Shown here: piece by piece, positions 18,454 through 28,521 of the stretch
Position numbering within the stretch: position 1 is the first letter of the stretch
Layout of the letters: every line of letters starts with the position of its first letter
NCBI GenBank assembly: GCA_965262355.1
Contig: OZ253534.1
Location: 3,023,670 to 3,087,669 of the forward strand
Source of the DNA: Candidatus Multivorans sp.
GTDB taxonomy: Bacteria > Acidobacteriota > Thermoanaerobaculia > Multivoradales > Multivoraceae
DNA length: 64,000 nt
Direction: 5' to 3'
The notes under the pieces: model-generated
Databases searched by the model: none
What the model saw: the letters and a program-made list of their open reading frames with translations, nothing else
What the model was told of the DNA's origin: nothing
Translations under genes and position numbers: made by a program

Positions 18454-18628
18454 CGCCGCTGCAGTCGGGGCGCAACTCGCCTGTGCCGGAACCTGGATCC
18501 GAGTTGGTACGGCGCCAACTTCGGAATCGCGGCCGACCTTCCCTCCTTTGGCGGCGAACCTTCGTTGCCTTCGGTGCGAATCCTGTCATAGCCGGAGTGC
18601 GGGCCGCGATAGCTTCGGTTCGAACTTC

Positions 18629-19744
18629 ATGAGCAATCGACCCTCCCATCCCGCCGGCAGCGCGCGCCGCCCGACCGAGTTCTCGGAAGGCCGCGGGCTG
18701 GAACCCCTCGAACCGCTCGATCTCGGCGCCGTCGGGTCCTTCTCGGATCTGCTCGCGGCGATGAAGTCGACCTCCTTCGGGGGCCGTCAGCTTGGCGAGG
18801 CGGCGGACGTGCTCCACGACATGGCCGCGGATCCGGACTGCCTGGTCGTCGGCACCTTCACCGGCGCGATGACCGCGGCCAAGCAGGGGCTCGTTCTGTG
18901 CGACATGATCGACCACGGATTGCTCGACGCGATCGTCTGCACCGGGGCCCTGATGGTCCATGGCTTCGTCGAGACCGCCGGGATGGTCCACTTCAAGGCG
19001 CCGGCGGGCGCCGGCGCGCTCGACGACCGCTCCGCGTACTACGCGGGTTTCGACCGCATCTACGACACGCTGGAACTGGAGAGCAACCTGGATCGGGTGG
19101 AGTTCATCGTCCAGTCGATCCTGGAGCAGTGGCCGGAAGGCGAGGTCGCCTGCTCGCGCACCTTGAACGAGGCGTTCGGGCGGTGGCTGAGCGAAGGCGA
19201 GGGTTCGCCGACGTCGGCAGAGCCGGGGGAGAGCCAGCCGGTGCGCGGCGTGCTGTGCTCCGCCTGGCGCCGTGGCGTGCCGGTCTACGTGCCGGCGTTC
19301 ACCGACTCGGAGATCGGCCTCGACTTCGCGCTCTTCAACCGCGCGCGCTGCCGGCGCGGGCGGGCACCGGTGCGCTTCGATCCGTTCCTCGATCTGGAGC
19401 ACTACACGGAGCTCGTCGCGGGCGCTACGCGGCTCGGCATCTTCACGATCGGTGGCGGCGTGCCGCGGAACTGGGCGCAGCAGGTGGCGCCGTATATCGA
19501 GGCTGCGGCGCGCCGGGACGGCGTAGAAGTCGAGCCCCAGCGCTTCCGCTACGGCGTCCGCATCTGCCCGGAGCCGGAGCACTGGGGCGGCCTCTCCGGC
19601 TGCGGCTACAGCGAGGGCGTGTCCTGGGGCAAGTTCGTGCCCGCGTCGGAGGGGGGCCGCTTCGCGGAAGTTCCCGCCGACGCCACTCTGGTGTGGCCGT
19701 TGCTCGTCGCCGGCGTGCTCGAGCGCCTGGGCGTCCGCAGCTAG
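18629..19744 (+). CDS. Deoxyhypusine synthase-like protein (homospermidine/deoxyhypusine synthase family)
   Basis: Family-typical ...DAIVCTGALMVHGF..., GGVPRNW, and C-terminal SGCGYSEGVSWGKF. Confidence 0.6.
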   Translation: MSNRPSHPAGSARRPTEFSEGRGLEPLEPLDLGAVGSFSDLLAAMKSTSFGGRQLGEAADVLHDMAADPDCLVVGTFTGAMTAAKQGLVLCDMIDHGLLDAIVCTGALMVHGFVETAGMVHFKAPAGAGALDDRSAYYAGFDRIYDTLELESNLDRVEFIVQSILEQWPEGEVACSRTLNEAFGRWLSEGEGSPTSAEPGESQPVRGVLCSAWRRGVPVYVPAFTDSEIGLDFALFNRARCRRGRAPVRFDPFLDLEHYTELVAGATRLGIFTIGGGVPRNWAQQVAPYIEAAARRDGVEVEPQRFRYGVRICPEPEHWGGLSGCGYSEGVSWGKFVPASEGGRFAEVPADATLVWPLLVAGVLERLGVRS

Positions 19745-20055
19745 TCGAGCTTGACCGCGGTCCCGATCGCCAGCAGTTCCGCGGCGCCGCTCGTGATCAC
19801 CGAGGTCGTGAAGCGCACCGCGACCACGGCGTCGGCGCCGAGGCTCTCAGCCTCGGCGATCATCCGGTCGAGTGCCTGCTCGCGGCTCTCGGCGACCATC
19901 TTCGTGTACTCGGTGACCTCTCCGCCGACCAGGTTGCGCAGTGCCGCGGTGATGTCCTTGCCTATGTGTCGCGCGCGGATCGTGTTGCCGCGCACCAGCC
20001 CCAGAGTTTCCGTGATCGTGCGGTTGGCGATCGTCTCGGTGGTCGCAATCAGCAT
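19741..20055 (-). CDS. YbjQ/UPF0145 family protein
   Basis: 104 aa, ...GADAVVAVRFTTSVITSGAAELLAIGTAVKLD typical of the family. Confidence 0.7.
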   Translation of the reverse strand: MLIATTETIANRTITETLGLVRGNTIRARHIGKDITAALRNLVGGEVTEYTKMVAESREQALDRMIAEAESLGADAVVAVRFTTSVITSGAAELLAIGTAVKLD

Positions 20056-20071
20056 CCGGTTCTCCCTGCTC

Positions 20072-20394
20072 TCAGATCTGCACGTCCTTGTACTTGTCGG
20101 TCTTGCGGGCGATCAGCCGCTGCCGCAGCACCGACAGCAGGAGCAGCGCAAGACCGCCGTAGACGCCGGCGACGCCCAGTTTGATGTATAGGGGCGCTTC
20201 CCGGTCGACGACGAGCGCGTAGATGGCGAAGCCGACCAGGGCGAGCACGCCGCCGATCAGGAGCAGCCAGCCGATAGCGCGTGCTAGCGCGGCAGGACTC
20301 CCGGAAGGCGGCGCTTCGCGGGGGATGCCGGCGGGGACGCCGGCGCACCCAGTTTCTGCCGCGCAATCTCCTGGGTCAGCCGTAGAGTCCGCCA
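20072..20394 (-). CDS. Small two-helix membrane protein
   Basis: MADSTADPG... then two hydrophobic helices (IGWLLLIGGVLALVGFAIYALVV / LGVAGVYGGLALLLLSVL). Confidence 0.4.
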
Positions 20395-20412
20395 TCGTCT
20401 TCTCCCTTGTTG

Positions 20413-21054
20413 CTAGACCGCTTGGCTCGCCGGTAGCTCGTGTCCCGTCTGACAGGTCACGCCGGTACCGCCTAGGCCGCAGTATCCGCCGGGGTTCTTC
20501 GCCAGGTACTGCTGGTGGTAGTCCTCGGCGAAGTAGAAGTCGGGGGCGTCGAGGATCTCGGTCGTGATCCGGCCAAGGCGCGCCGCGGAGAGCCGCTCCT
20601 GGTAGGCCCCGAGGGACGCCTCGGCGGCCCGCCGCTGGTCCGCAGAGTAGACGTAGATCCCGGAGCGGTACTGGGTGCCCATGTCGTTCCCCTGGCGCAT
20701 GCCCTGGGTCGGGTCGTGGCTCTCCCAGAAGATGCGGAGCAGCTCCTCGTACGAGGTCCGTTCGGGGTCGAACACCACGCGGACGACCTCGTTGTGACCG
20801 GTCATGCCGCTGCAGACCTCGCGGTAGGTGGGGTTCGGCGTCGCCCCGGCGGCGTAGCCGACCGCGGTCGTGATCACGCCGGGCGCCTCCCAGAACTTGC
20901 GCTCGGCGCCCCAGAAGCAGCCGAGGCCGAACATCGCCAACTCGCTGCCTTCCGGGTACGGCGGCGGCAGCGGTGCGTCGAGCACCCAGTGGCGTGGGGG
21001 GACGGCGCACTCTTCAGGCTTCGGTATGCGGGTCTTGTCGAAGAACCAACTCAT
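20413..21054 (-). CDS. msrA: Peptide methionine sulfoxide reductase A
   Basis: [12 protein letters not shown] active-site motif; YHQQYL. Confidence 0.9.
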   Translation of the reverse strand: MSWFFDKTRIPKPEECAVPPRHWVLDAPLPPPYPEGSELAMFGLGCFWGAERKFWEAPGVITTAVGYAAGATPNPTYREVCSGMTGHNEVVRVVFDPERTSYEELLRIFWESHDPTQGMRQGNDMGTQYRSGIYVYSADQRRAAEASLGAYQERLSAARLGRITTEILDAPDFYFAEDYHQQYLAKNPGGYCGLGGTGVTCQTGHELPASQAV

Positions 21055-21091
21055 GGGAGGGGATTGTAGCCCCCCGCGCCAGGCTGGCGCG

Positions 21092-21802
21092 CTACTCGCC
21101 GGTCGGCGACGTCTTCCCGAACAGGTGCTTGCGGGCCTCCTCGTCGGGCCCCTTGCCGGCGCCGCCTCCCAGGCCGCGAGTGTCGCGGCCGACCTCGAAT
21201 CCTCGGCGGAGCGCCGGCCGCTCCTTGAGCGCGTCGTACCAGCGGCGCAGGTGGCGGTACTGATCCAGGTCGATCCCCTGGCTCTTGTAGGTCAACACCC
21301 AGGGCCAGCTCATCATGTCGGCGATCGAGTACTCGCCGCAGATGTGCTCGCGGCCGTCGAGCTGACGGTCGAGTACCGCGAAAAGGCGTAGCACTTCGTT
21401 CCGGTAACGCTTGATCGCGTAGTCGAGCTTTTCCGGTGCATAGCGTATGAAGTGATTGTGCTGGCCCAGCATCGGGCCGAGATTGCCCGTTTGCCACATC
21501 ACCCACTGCGTCACGTCGTAGCGCTCGCGGGCGCCCCGGGGCAGGAACCGGCCGCTCTTCTCCGCCAGATAGAGGAGGATGGCGCCGGATTCGAACATCG
21601 CGAGCGGCTCGCCGCCGCCCAGAGGTTCGTGGTCGACGATCGCCGGCATCCGGTTGTTCGGGCTGATGCGCAGGAACTCCGGTTTGAACTGATCCCCGCG
21701 GCCGATGTTGACGGGAACGACGCGGTAGGGCAGTTCCATCTCCTCGAGCGCTATCGAGGCCTTCCAGCCGTTCGGAGTGGGCCAGTAGTAGAGGTCGATC
21801 AT
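21092..21802 (-). CDS. Glutathione S-transferase (YfcG-like)
   Basis: [15 protein letters not shown]-terminal thioredoxin-fold start; C-terminal GST domain. Confidence 0.8.
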   Translation of the reverse strand: MIDLYYWPTPNGWKASIALEEMELPYRVVPVNIGRGDQFKPEFLRISPNNRMPAIVDHEPLGGGEPLAMFESGAILLYLAEKSGRFLPRGARERYDVTQWVMWQTGNLGPMLGQHNHFIRYAPEKLDYAIKRYRNEVLRLFAVLDRQLDGREHICGEYSIADMMSWPWVLTYKSQGIDLDQYRHLRRWYDALKERPALRRGFEVGRDTRGLGGGAGKGPDEEARKHLFGKTSPTGE

Positions 21803-21917
21803 GCGGCGCAAGATAGCAGCGGCGCCCCGCGCAAGCTGCTAAGTTCGCCCTCTCGGCTCATCGCAGACCGACCGACGGGCCCGCCTTGCGAGCCCGAAGT
21901 ACAGGAGGCGCCGGCTA

Positions 21918-23588
21918 GTGCAGCCATCTCGGAAATGGGCGTCTTGGAAGTGGGTGTTGGTCGTTGTCGCGGTGGTGGCGGTGGCCGGCGCCGTTGCCTG
22001 GAGCTTCCGGGCGCAGATTCTGCTCGAGTTCGCGGCGAGGCAGTCGCGCGTGCCGGTCGCTCCGAACCAGCCGATCGAGTGGCAATCCGGCGCCGACCCG
22101 GAGGGCCGCGCCCCGGATGAGCGGCCGCCGAACATCGTCGTCATCCTGGCCGACGACCTGGGCTGGAACGACCTGAGCTTCGGCGGCGGCGGCATCGCCG
22201 GCGGCGCCGTGCCGACCCCGAACATCGATTCGATCGCGCGCGACGGCGTCAACTTCACGAACGGCTACGCGGCGAACGCGACCTGCGCGCCGTCGCGGGC
22301 GGCGATCATGACCGGGCGTTACGGCACCCGCTTCGGCTTCGAGTTCACGCCGACTCCAGCCGGCATGATGCAGATCGTGCCGCGGCTCCGGCCACGGGAA
22401 CCGAAGCGGCTCCGCGACAGCGTGATTCACGACGCGGAGTCGATCCCGTACGAGGAAATGGGGTTGCCGCCGTCCGAGATCACCCTCGCCGAGCTGCTGG
22501 GGGCGGCCGGCTACCACACCGCCCACGTCGGCAAGTGGCACTTGGGCCGCACCGGCGGCATGGCCGCGCACGAGCAGGGGTTCGACGAATCGTTGCTGAT
22601 GCTGAGCGGTCTCTACCTGCCGGAGGATCATCCCGAGGTCGTGAACTCCAGGCAGGAATTCGATCCGATCGACCAGTTTCTGTGGCGTGTCCTGCGCTAC
22701 GCCGCCTCGTTCAACGGCAGCGAGGGATTCGAGCCGGCGCGCTACATGACCGACTACTACACGGACGAGGCGGTCCGGGTGATCGAGGCGAACCGCGACC
22801 GGCCGTTCTTCCTGTACCTGGCCCACTTCGCCCCGCACACACCGCTCCAGGCGTTGCGTGAGGACTACGACGCCCTGTCCCACATCGAGGACCATCGCCT
22901 GCGCGTCTACGGCGCGATGGTGCGCGCGCTCGACCGCAGCGTCGGCCGGGTGCTCGAGGCGCTGCGCGAGCAGGGCCTGGAAGAGAACACCCTCGTCTTC
23001 TTCACGTCGGACAACGGCGGCGCCGGCTACATCGGCCTGCCTGAGGTCAACGACCCCTTCCGGGGCTGGAAGATGAGCTTCTTCGAAGGCGGCATCCACG
23101 TGCCCTACTTCCTGAAGTGGCCTGCGCGCATCGCGCCCGGGACGACGTTCGACCGGCCCGTTCACGGCTTCGACATCTTCGGGACGGCCGCCGCCGCCGC
23201 GGGGGTCGACCTGCCGCAGGACCGGCAGATCGACGGAGTGGACCTCGTTCCGTTCGTCGAAGGCGGCGCGGAAGGAGATCCCCATGACGGGTTGTTCTGG
23301 CGATCGGGCCACTACCAGACCGTGATCGCCGGCGGCTGGAAGCTCCAGGTGACCGAACGGCCTGGCGCGACCTGGCTCTTCGACATGAACAACGACCCGA
23401 CCGAGCAGCACAACCTTGCAGAGGCGGAACCCGCGCGGGTCGAGGCGATGAAGCGCATGCTCGCCGAGTGGGGCGCCGAGCAGGCCGCACCGATGTGGTC
23501 GTCGCAGGGCGAGGGCCCGATCAACATCGACAAGTCGCTCGAGGAGCCCGACGCTCCGGACGATGAGCACATCTACTGGCCCAACTAG
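21918..23588 (+). CDS. Arylsulfatase (formylglycine-dependent sulfatase family)
   Basis: NIVVILADDLGWNDLSFGG and CAPSRAAIMTGRY (C-x-P-S-R FGly motif). Confidence 0.85.
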   Translation: MQPSRKWASWKWVLVVVAVVAVAGAVAWSFRAQILLEFAARQSRVPVAPNQPIEWQSGADPEGRAPDERPPNIVVILADDLGWNDLSFGGGGIAGGAVPTPNIDSIARDGVNFTNGYAANATCAPSRAAIMTGRYGTRFGFEFTPTPAGMMQIVPRLRPREPKRLRDSVIHDAESIPYEEMGLPPSEITLAELLGAAGYHTAHVGKWHLGRTGGMAAHEQGFDESLLMLSGLYLPEDHPEVVNSRQEFDPIDQFLWRVLRYAASFNGSEGFEPARYMTDYYTDEAVRVIEANRDRPFFLYLAHFAPHTPLQALREDYDALSHIEDHRLRVYGAMVRALDRSVGRVLEALREQGLEENTLVFFTSDNGGAGYIGLPEVNDPFRGWKMSFFEGGIHVPYFLKWPARIAPGTTFDRPVHGFDIFGTAAAAAGVDLPQDRQIDGVDLVPFVEGGAEGDPHDGLFWRSGHYQTVIAGGWKLQVTERPGATWLFDMNNDPTEQHNLAEAEPARVEAMKRMLAEWGAEQAAPMWSSQGEGPINIDKSLEEPDAPDDEHIYWPN

Positions 23589-25362
23589 CAACGTCGACGA
23601 GCGGTTGGAGGCGCTTGAGGCCCGCGTGCGAGAGCTGCAGCGCGAGGTGGCGGCGCTGCGGCGCGCCGGCGAAGGCGAGGGGCCTGCGGTGGCGGCGGCG
23701 GAAGAAGCTGCTACTGCAGCAGGCGCGCCCAGCGCGCCACCAGCCGAGGCCGGCCCTCGCGTTGGGGACGCCCCGAAACCCAAGCCCGCTGCCTGGCGCA
23801 ACGTCGACCTGGAGGCTCTCATCGGCGGCCGCTGGCTGAACCGTCTCGGCATCCTGACGCTCCTCCTCGCGGCCGCCTTCTTCCTGCGCTACGCGTTCGA
23901 GAACGAGTGGATCGGGCCGACGGGAAGAGTCCTGATCGGCCTGGTCAGCGGCATCGCTTTTGCCGGCTACGGAGAGTGGCTCGCGGCGCGGGGCATGCGC
24001 TACTTCTCCGAGGGGATGACGGCCCTCGGCGCCGGCGTCATCTACCTCTCGGGCTACGCCGCCTGGGAGTTCTATGCTCTGGTGCCGCAGCCGGTGGCGT
24101 TCGCTTTCCTCGCTCTCGTCACAGGGGGCGTCATCGCACTGTCGGTGCGCCGCGATTCCCAGCGCCTGGCGGCCCTCGCGCTTGCCGGCGGCTACCTGAC
24201 GCCGGCGCTGTTGAGCACCGGCGAGGACGCGCAGGTCGTGCTCTTCAGTTACCTGGCCCTGCTCAGCGCCAGCCTGCTGACCCTGGCTCTGCTGCGCGGA
24301 TTCCACGCTCTGGCGCCGACCGCTCTGACCGCCACGGTCGTCTACTTCGTTGCCTGGTCGTTGGAGTTCTACGAGGCGGAACGGTTGCTTTCGAACGCGC
24401 TCTTCGGGACGCTGTTCTACGCCATCTACACCGCGCTCCCGCTTGCCCGAGCCCGGCTGGCCCGCAGGCTGCGGCCGAGCGAGATCGGTGTCCTGGCGGC
24501 GACGCTCGGCTTCTACGTGCTGCTGCTGCAACAGCTTCTGTACGACGAGCACCGCTGGCTGCTGACCGGCGTCGTTCTGGCCCTGGCGGCTCTCTACCTC
24601 GCTCTATCCCGCGCGCTCGGAACCTGGAACGCGGCCGAAGGGCGCCGTGCCCTTCACCTGCAGCAACTCTTCGCCGTCCTGGCCGCGCTCCTGGCCACGA
24701 TCGCCTTCCCGATCCGGCTCGACGGCGACTGGACCACGATCGCGTGGACCGCCGAAGCCGTCGCGCTGGCCATCGCCGGAGCGCGGTTGCCTTCGCTGTG
24801 GATGCGCGCGTTCTCGGTTGTGCTCTTCGCCGTCGTTCTGTTGATGACGCCGCAGGCCCTCCTCGGTTCGGCCGATCGGGACCTGCTCGTCAACCTCCGC
24901 TTCCTCACCCTGGCCGGGGCGGCGGTCGGGCTCGCTGCTGCCGGGCTCTACGTGCGCCGCCGCCTGAAGGTCAAGGTGAGGATGGAAGGCGGGCTGTGGG
25001 CTGGCGGTCTGGTCCTCGCCAATCTGCTCGCGCTGGTCGCCGTGTCGCTCGAGGCCTGGGACTTCGTCCAGGGACTCAGCCTTGATCTCGACCTCGACCT
25101 CGCCGCCCAGGTCATGCTTTCCGCCCTGTGGCTCCTATGGGCGGCCACCCTGGTCGCCGCCGGCATCCGCCGCAACGCCCCCGCACTCCGCTGGCAGGGC
25201 CTCGCGCTGCTCCTGGTCGTCGTCGCCAAGACCTTCCTCGTCGACCTGTCCTTCCTGGACCAGGGTTACCGGATCCTCTCCTTCCTGATCGTCGGCGCGC
25301 TGCTGGTGGCTGTGTCCTTCCTGTACCAGCGCCGTCGGCGGGGAGACGCCCCGGTAGAATGA
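23563..25362 (+). CDS. DUF2339 family polytopic membrane protein
   Basis: N-terminal coiled-coil then more than 15 TM helices; WRNVDLEALIGGRWLNRLGILTLLLAAAFFLRYA is DUF2339-like; start overlaps sulfatase by 26 bp (start uncertain). Confidence 0.55.
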   Translation: MSTSTGPTSNVDERLEALEARVRELQREVAALRRAGEGEGPAVAAAEEAATAAGAPSAPPAEAGPRVGDAPKPKPAAWRNVDLEALIGGRWLNRLGILTLLLAAAFFLRYAFENEWIGPTGRVLIGLVSGIAFAGYGEWLAARGMRYFSEGMTALGAGVIYLSGYAAWEFYALVPQPVAFAFLALVTGGVIALSVRRDSQRLAALALAGGYLTPALLSTGEDAQVVLFSYLALLSASLLTLALLRGFHALAPTALTATVVYFVAWSLEFYEAERLLSNALFGTLFYAIYTALPLARARLARRLRPSEIGVLAATLGFYVLLLQQLLYDEHRWLLTGVVLALAALYLALSRALGTWNAAEGRRALHLQQLFAVLAALLATIAFPIRLDGDWTTIAWTAEAVALAIAGARLPSLWMRAFSVVLFAVVLLMTPQALLGSADRDLLVNLRFLTLAGAAVGLAAAGLYVRRRLKVKVRMEGGLWAGGLVLANLLALVAVSLEAWDFVQGLSLDLDLDLAAQVMLSALWLLWAATLVAAGIRRNAPALRWQGLALLLVVVAKTFLVDLSFLDQGYRILSFLIVGALLVAVSFLYQRRRRGDAPVE

Positions 25363-25366
25363 GCAA

Positions 25367-25672
25367 GTGCGTTTCCCTGCTGCGGTTGAGCGCCTACTCT
25401 GGGAATACGATCTCGAAGCGTTGAGGGCCGAGCCCGAACTGCCCGAGATCGTGATCGAGCGCGTCATGGCTCGCGGTGGCTGGGAGCCGATGCGATGGCT
25501 GCTCTCCACCTGCAGCCCGGAACGGCGACGGCTTTTCCTGGAGGAACGCGGCCGCAGGGTGCTCCCGCCGCGCGAACTCAACTTCTGGGCCTTCGCCAGT
25601 TCGGTGCCGGAAGATCGGACGGCCGAGTGGGTGCTAGAGGCACGGAAGCGCGAAGCCGCGTGGCGGGGATGA
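25367..25672 (+). CDS. Small hypothetical protein translationally coupled to AbiEii-family toxin (candidate cognate antitoxin)
   Basis: 101 aa; stop overlaps next start (ATGA at 25669-25672); no recognisable wHTH. Confidence 0.4.
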   Translation: MRFPAAVERLLWEYDLEALRAEPELPEIVIERVMARGGWEPMRWLLSTCSPERRRLFLEERGRRVLPPRELNFWAFASSVPEDRTAEWVLEARKREAAWRG

Positions 25673-26325
25673 GCGCGCTGCATTGGGACGCCCTCGAGCC
25701 CAATGCGCGGGAAGCGTTCGCGCTCGTCTCGCGGGCTCTGACCGGCACCGACTACTACCTGGCGGGAGGTACAGCTCTTGCCCTCATGGAGGGGCACCGG
25801 ATCTCGGTGGACCTCGATGTCTTCACTCACACGATGACGGACATCGAGACGGTGCTGGGCCGCCTTCGCGGACAGGTACCGGAACTCTCGGTCACCTCGG
25901 TTAGTGCGGGCACTCTCTACGTTGAGGTGCTTGGGGTGCAGGTTTCGGTGATCGAGTACGGTTACCCGCTCTTGGGTCCGACGGTGTCGTCGAACGGCCC
26001 TGGTCTGGTGCTCGCTAGTCGAGATGACATCGCGACGATGAAGCTCTCGGCGATTGCCAACCGTGGCAGCCGCAAGGACTTCGTCGATCTCTGGGTCTTG
26101 CTCAACCGGCACCGGTCGCTACGTGAGTATCTGAAACTCTTTGAGCAGAAGTTCGCGGTGCGGGACGTGGGACACGTCGTTCGCAGTCTCGTTCACTTCG
26201 ACGACGCAGAACGCGATCCGCCGTTGCGGCTCCTGGCCGACATCGAGTGGGAGCTTGTCAAGAGGGACTATCGGTCGCGCGTTGACCGTCTGCTGGCGGA
26301 TTGCCGAACCACCCTGCCGGACTGA
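25669..26325 (+). CDS. AbiEii/AbiGii-family nucleotidyltransferase toxin (type IV TA)
   Basis: GGTALALMEGHRISVDLDVF (GS-x-DxD NTase motif), ATMKLSAIANRGSRKDFVDLW. Confidence 0.7.
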   Translation: MSALHWDALEPNAREAFALVSRALTGTDYYLAGGTALALMEGHRISVDLDVFTHTMTDIETVLGRLRGQVPELSVTSVSAGTLYVEVLGVQVSVIEYGYPLLGPTVSSNGPGLVLASRDDIATMKLSAIANRGSRKDFVDLWVLLNRHRSLREYLKLFEQKFAVRDVGHVVRSLVHFDDAERDPPLRLLADIEWELVKRDYRSRVDRLLADCRTTLPD

Positions 26326-26357
26326 CGGCGACGGCATGCCGGCTCGACAGGCGCCCG

Positions 26358-27188
26358 CTACCACTCAGAGAGATCGCCGTAGAGCGCGTTCGCCATCATC
26401 GTCGCCTCCTCGGCCGCCGTGGCGATCTCCTTGTCATCGGACGCTGACAGGTCATCCAGGAACTCGATCGTCGCTTTTCCGCGAACGCCGACGCTGGCTT
26501 CGATTGCTGCGAGCAGCAGTTGCCTGTCGGTGTCCGGCGATCGGAGCAGACGGGCCACGTGCGGCCAGGCGGCACGGATTTCACGCGATCCGGCCGCTTG
26601 GACGGCTTCGAAACGGACCGCTTCAGCCGGGTCGTTCAGCGACGCCAGGATCTCGTTCGTGAAATCTCGGACGCGACCCATGCAGAAGACGGCGGTCAGC
26701 CGCCATTCGTCGTCGTCGCGGTCGTACGCCTCCCGAATCGCGTCCTCGTGCCAGGCCTCGGGCGCGCGGACCGACGCCTCGAGGATGCGTCGGCGGACCA
26801 ACTTGGGTGTGTCCTCGTTCATGTAGAGCGAGTTCAGCTCCCACCGGATTCTCTGGAACTCGTGTGGGGGAATCGGTGGCGAATCCAGTTCGTCCAGACC
26901 GTAGCCGAGCGGTTCGTAGACGTCCATCTCCTCGAGCACCGGCCCGAGCGAGATCGCGGCCCGGGCGCGGAGTTCGTCGGAAGCTCCCTGGTCTGCGACG
27001 ATCGCCGTCAGTGCCTTCGTGAGGTCCTGGCTGACGATGACGATCTCGCCGGCCAGCTCGGCGGCGAGAAGGCGTTCGGTTTCGTCGATCTGCTTGTCGC
27101 GGAGCCTCCTCAGCACGGCCTCGCGCGCGTCGCTCGGCCACTCCCACGGTGGCGTGACTTCCAGGATAGTCAGGTCCAAGTCGGTCAT
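26358..27188 (-). CDS. HEAT/PBS-lyase-like repeat protein
   Basis: Repeated helical units with conserved A..AA..LG, acidic composition. Confidence 0.45.
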   Translation of the reverse strand: MTDLDLTILEVTPPWEWPSDAREAVLRRLRDKQIDETERLLAAELAGEIVIVSQDLTKALTAIVADQGASDELRARAAISLGPVLEEMDVYEPLGYGLDELDSPPIPPHEFQRIRWELNSLYMNEDTPKLVRRRILEASVRAPEAWHEDAIREAYDRDDDEWRLTAVFCMGRVRDFTNEILASLNDPAEAVRFEAVQAAGSREIRAAWPHVARLLRSPDTDRQLLLAAIEASVGVRGKATIEFLDDLSASDDKEIATAAEEATMMANALYGDLSEW

Positions 27189-27258
27189 TTGCTTTCCTCG
27201 CCAACTGCCGGACGGCTCAGGAACGAAGAGTCGCCCTTTGAGCGACCGGTCCAGGGTG

Positions 27259-28434
27259 TCACGGCCTTGCGTTCCTCGCGGCTTCCAGGACGCCGAAGTC
27301 GGCGCCGTCTGCCGCGGCGGCCCTCTGTGCCTGGCGTTCGATGACCAGCTTGTAGCGGCCGTCGCGCACCGCGGCGCCGCGCCAGAACTGGCCGGCGCTG
27401 CTCCAGAAGAGCTGGCGAGGCGCCGTGTCTTCGCCGTCGAAGAGAACCGGACCGACGTCGATGCCGTCGAAGGGCTGGTCCGGCTTCGCCTCGCCGCCGG
27501 CCATGGCCAGGACGGTGGGCATCACGTCGAGGGTGGAGGTGAGGGCGGCGGACGTTGAGCCGGGAGCGATCCGGCCCGGCATCGCGGCGATCGAGGGAAC
27601 GCGTTGACCGCCCTCCCAGTAGCTGGCCTTGTAGCCGCGGAGCGCTCCATTGGAGCCCTCCCGGGTCGCGCCGTTGTCGGAGAAGAACCAGACCAGCGTG
27701 TTCTCGGAAAGACCGTGCTGCTCGAGGGCGTCGAGAACGCGGCCGACGCCGTCGTCCATCGACTCGACCATCTCGCGGTAGGCGCGTTTCCGGTCGGTCA
27801 CTGAGCCGACGCCCGGGAACTGGTCATCGCCGGCGTAGCGTTCCGCCGGGTCGCGGGGACCCTGGTAGGGGTAGTGCGGGGCGTGGTGCGCCAGATACAG
27901 GAAGAACGGCTCGTCCCGGTGCTCGGCGATGAAGCTCTCGGCGTGGTCGCCGATCAGATCGGTGAGGTAGCCGTCCTCGTCTTCGAGCGTCTCGCCGTTC
28001 CACCAGTCGGGGCGACCCATGCGGTCGACGTGGGACTGGTAGTCGATGTTGCCGCTCACGAAGCCGCGGAACTCGTCGAAACCGTGCAGAGGCGGCTTGA
28101 ACTGCGGCAGGTAGCCGAGGTGCCACTTGCCAGATACCGCGGTCGCGTAGCCGAGTTCCCGGAAGCCCTCGGCGATCGTGTGGGCCTCGCTGTCGATGCC
28201 CTGGTGGTAGAGCGGACTATCGGAGTTGGCGAGCAGGACGGCGGGAACTCCCGCCCGGTGCTGGTACCGGCCCGTCACCAGGCCGGCGATGACGTTGGGC
28301 CGGGCGCCGGCATCGGCTGCCGAGTCGACCTCGCCTGGCGGCGCGCCGCAGCCGGCGACCACGGCGCCGGCGAGTGCGGCGGTGCGGGTTCCGTGAATCG
28401 CTCTCATTGCCCAGTAACCCGTGATGCGCATCAA
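27259..28434 (-). CDS. Sulfatase-family lipoprotein lacking the catalytic C-x-P-S-R segment (in-frame internal deletion, probably inactive)
   Basis: Lipobox VVAGC; ...ARPNVI | AGLVTGRYQHRAG...: the about 45 residues that normally carry ADDLG and CxPSR are absent; the downstream sulfatase core is intact (GKWHLG, FFLYLAHHAPH, FFSDNG). Confidence 0.6.
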   Translation of the reverse strand: MMRITGYWAMRAIHGTRTAALAGAVVAGCGAPPGEVDSAADAGARPNVIAGLVTGRYQHRAGVPAVLLANSDSPLYHQGIDSEAHTIAEGFRELGYATAVSGKWHLGYLPQFKPPLHGFDEFRGFVSGNIDYQSHVDRMGRPDWWNGETLEDEDGYLTDLIGDHAESFIAEHRDEPFFLYLAHHAPHYPYQGPRDPAERYAGDDQFPGVGSVTDRKRAYREMVESMDDGVGRVLDALEQHGLSENTLVWFFSDNGATREGSNGALRGYKASYWEGGQRVPSIAAMPGRIAPGSTSAALTSTLDVMPTVLAMAGGEAKPDQPFDGIDVGPVLFDGEDTAPRQLFWSSAGQFWRGAAVRDGRYKLVIERQAQRAAAADGADFGVLEAARNARP

Positions 28435-28521
28435 TCGCGTGGCGCGTTCCGCAGGTGCGGCGACCCGGGTTCGAACTCCTTCGTCGGTGTTGGCTGAACC
28501 CCGATCGTATACTCGGCATCA

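Noticed and set aside
18454-18628. Sigma-54 promoter between the NifA-like activator and the deoxyhypusine-synthase-like gene
   Set aside because: I scanned for GG-N10-GC (TGGCAC-N5-TTGC) and found no acceptable match.
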